A stretch of 64,000 nucleotides of DNA from Alphaproteobacteria bacterium (GTDB lineage Bacteria; Pseudomonadota; Alphaproteobacteria; UBA6615). Positions 61,971 through 64,000 of the stretch are shown here, piece by piece; position 1 is the first letter of the stretch; each line of letters starts with the position of its first letter. The DNA lies in contig CBDHEC010000024.1 of NCBI GenBank assembly GCA_965261975.1, positions 1 through 64,000 on the forward strand, given 5' to 3'. Under the pieces are notes generated by a model. It did no database searches, was not told where the DNA came from, and saw nothing but the letters and a program-made list of their open reading frames with translations. The position numbers were made by a program, and so were the translations under genes.

Positions 61971-63107
<1,137 letters not shown>

Positions 63108-63217
63108 TACTGTCTCTCAATCACTCTCGCCCGCTTGACATTTGCCGGGCGCAAACCGTTATAACACGCGCGAAACCGGGCGCCGCAACATGCGCGCCCC
63201 ATACAGAAAGTCGTCCG

Positions 63218-63697
63218 ATGTCAGATAGTCCCATGTTCGCCCCGCGCCAGACCATCGAACAGGTCGAGGAAGGCCATGAGCTGGCCCCGAAGTTCGATGC
63301 CGACGGCCTGATGCCCGTCGTCACCACCGACGCCGACAGCGGCGAGGTGCTGATGCATGGCTATATGAACGCGGAAGCCCTGACCAAGACCATCGAGACC
63401 GGCGAGGCCCATTACTGGTCCCGCTCGCGGCAAGTCCTCTGGCACAAGGGTGCGACGTCCGGGCTGGTCCAGAAGGTCAAGGAGATCCGCATCGACGACG
63501 ACCAGGACGCCGTGTGGCTCAGGGTCGATGTCCAGGGCGGTGCCAGCTGCCATGTGGGCTACCGATCCTGCTTCTACCGCTCGGTGCCGGTGGGTGCGGC
63601 GGACGACGCGCCAGTGGAACTGGGCTACGAGGAGACCGAGAAGGTCTTCGACCCGGTCGAGGTCTACGGCGACGCGCCGAACCCCACGAAGCTTTAG
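63218..63697 (+). CDS. hisI: Phosphoribosyl-AMP cyclohydrolase (DDDQD variant)
   Basis: YWSRSRQ.LW.KGATSG, DDDQD and [10 protein letters not shown] motifs. Confidence 0.92.
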   Translation: MSDSPMFAPRQTIEQVEEGHELAPKFDADGLMPVVTTDADSGEVLMHGYMNAEALTKTIETGEAHYWSRSRQVLWHKGATSGLVQKVKEIRIDDDQDAVWLRVDVQGGASCHVGYRSCFYRSVPVGAADDAPVELGYEETEKVFDPVEVYGDAPNPTKL

Positions 63698-63700
63698 CGA

Positions 63701-64000
63701 CTAACGCAACGTCTCCACGAAACGCACCGGTTCACCGACAGGTCCGTCGGCGAGCTCGCCGTCTCGCATGACCACATTGCCGCGGATGATCGTGCCCACC
63801 GGCCAGCCGGTGATGTTCATGCCCTCATAGGGGGACCAGCCGCACTTGTAGGCGAGCCAATCGGCGGTGATCTCGCGCTTGGCCTTCAGGTCGACCAGGG
63901 TGAAGTCCGCGTCATAGCCCCAGGCGATGCGGCCCTTGCCGGCGATGTTGAAGATGCGTTGCGGGCCCGAGCACAGGAGATCGACCAGCCGCGCGAGGCT
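63701..64000 (-). CDS. pyrC: Dihydroorotase / amidohydrolase family, C-terminal part
   Basis: Own translation: ...GPQRIFNIAGKGRIAWGYDADFTLVDL...KCGWSPYEG...GWPVGTIIRG...RFVETLR*. Confidence 0.8.
   Translation of the reverse strand, partial: SLARLVDLLCSGPQRIFNIAGKGRIAWGYDADFTLVDLKAKREITADWLAYKCGWSPYEGMNITGWPVGTIIRGNVVMRDGELADGPVGEPVRFVETLR

Noticed and set aside
63108-63217. Zur box between the COG0523 gene and hisI
   Set aside because: GTTATAAC lacks the GTTAT-N3-ATAAC spacing and reads better as a -10 element.

Overview
This is a GC-rich, gene-dense chromosomal segment from an alphaproteobacterium. The Rhodospirillales-like assignment is inferred from gene order and families such as class I LysRS, DUF1013/TrcR, Usg, Cys-free L31 and the alpha-type 6S RNA. 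It is mostly core genome: ygfA-6S RNA-zapA-zauP, tkt-gap, fbaB-thiE-efp-suhB, rpmE, ibpA, purEK, def, lysS, a DinG helicase, groESL, a branched-chain ABC transporter, fprA-korAB, ctaA, hisI and pyrC. I saw no tRNA, rRNA, CRISPR array, IS or prophage. The first ~3.3 kb is full of frameshifts that look like consensus errors. Best leads: (1) a HIT-Lhr-PdeM-photolyase DNA-repair locus headed by a perfect alphaproteobacterial LexA box and split by an inserted secreted-protein gene; (2) an orphan MotA/MotB-like motor pair with long coiled coils plus an atypical OmpA-domain partner; (3) two unannotated intergenic sRNA candidates with CCUCCC anti-Shine-Dalgarno loops, one behind a CtrA-like box; (4) a COG0523 chaperone facing a Cys-to-Asp HisI variant, next to pyrC; (5) an exact 87-bp in-frame duplication in a membrane protein gene. 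All family assignments come from reading motifs by eye; no database search was run.
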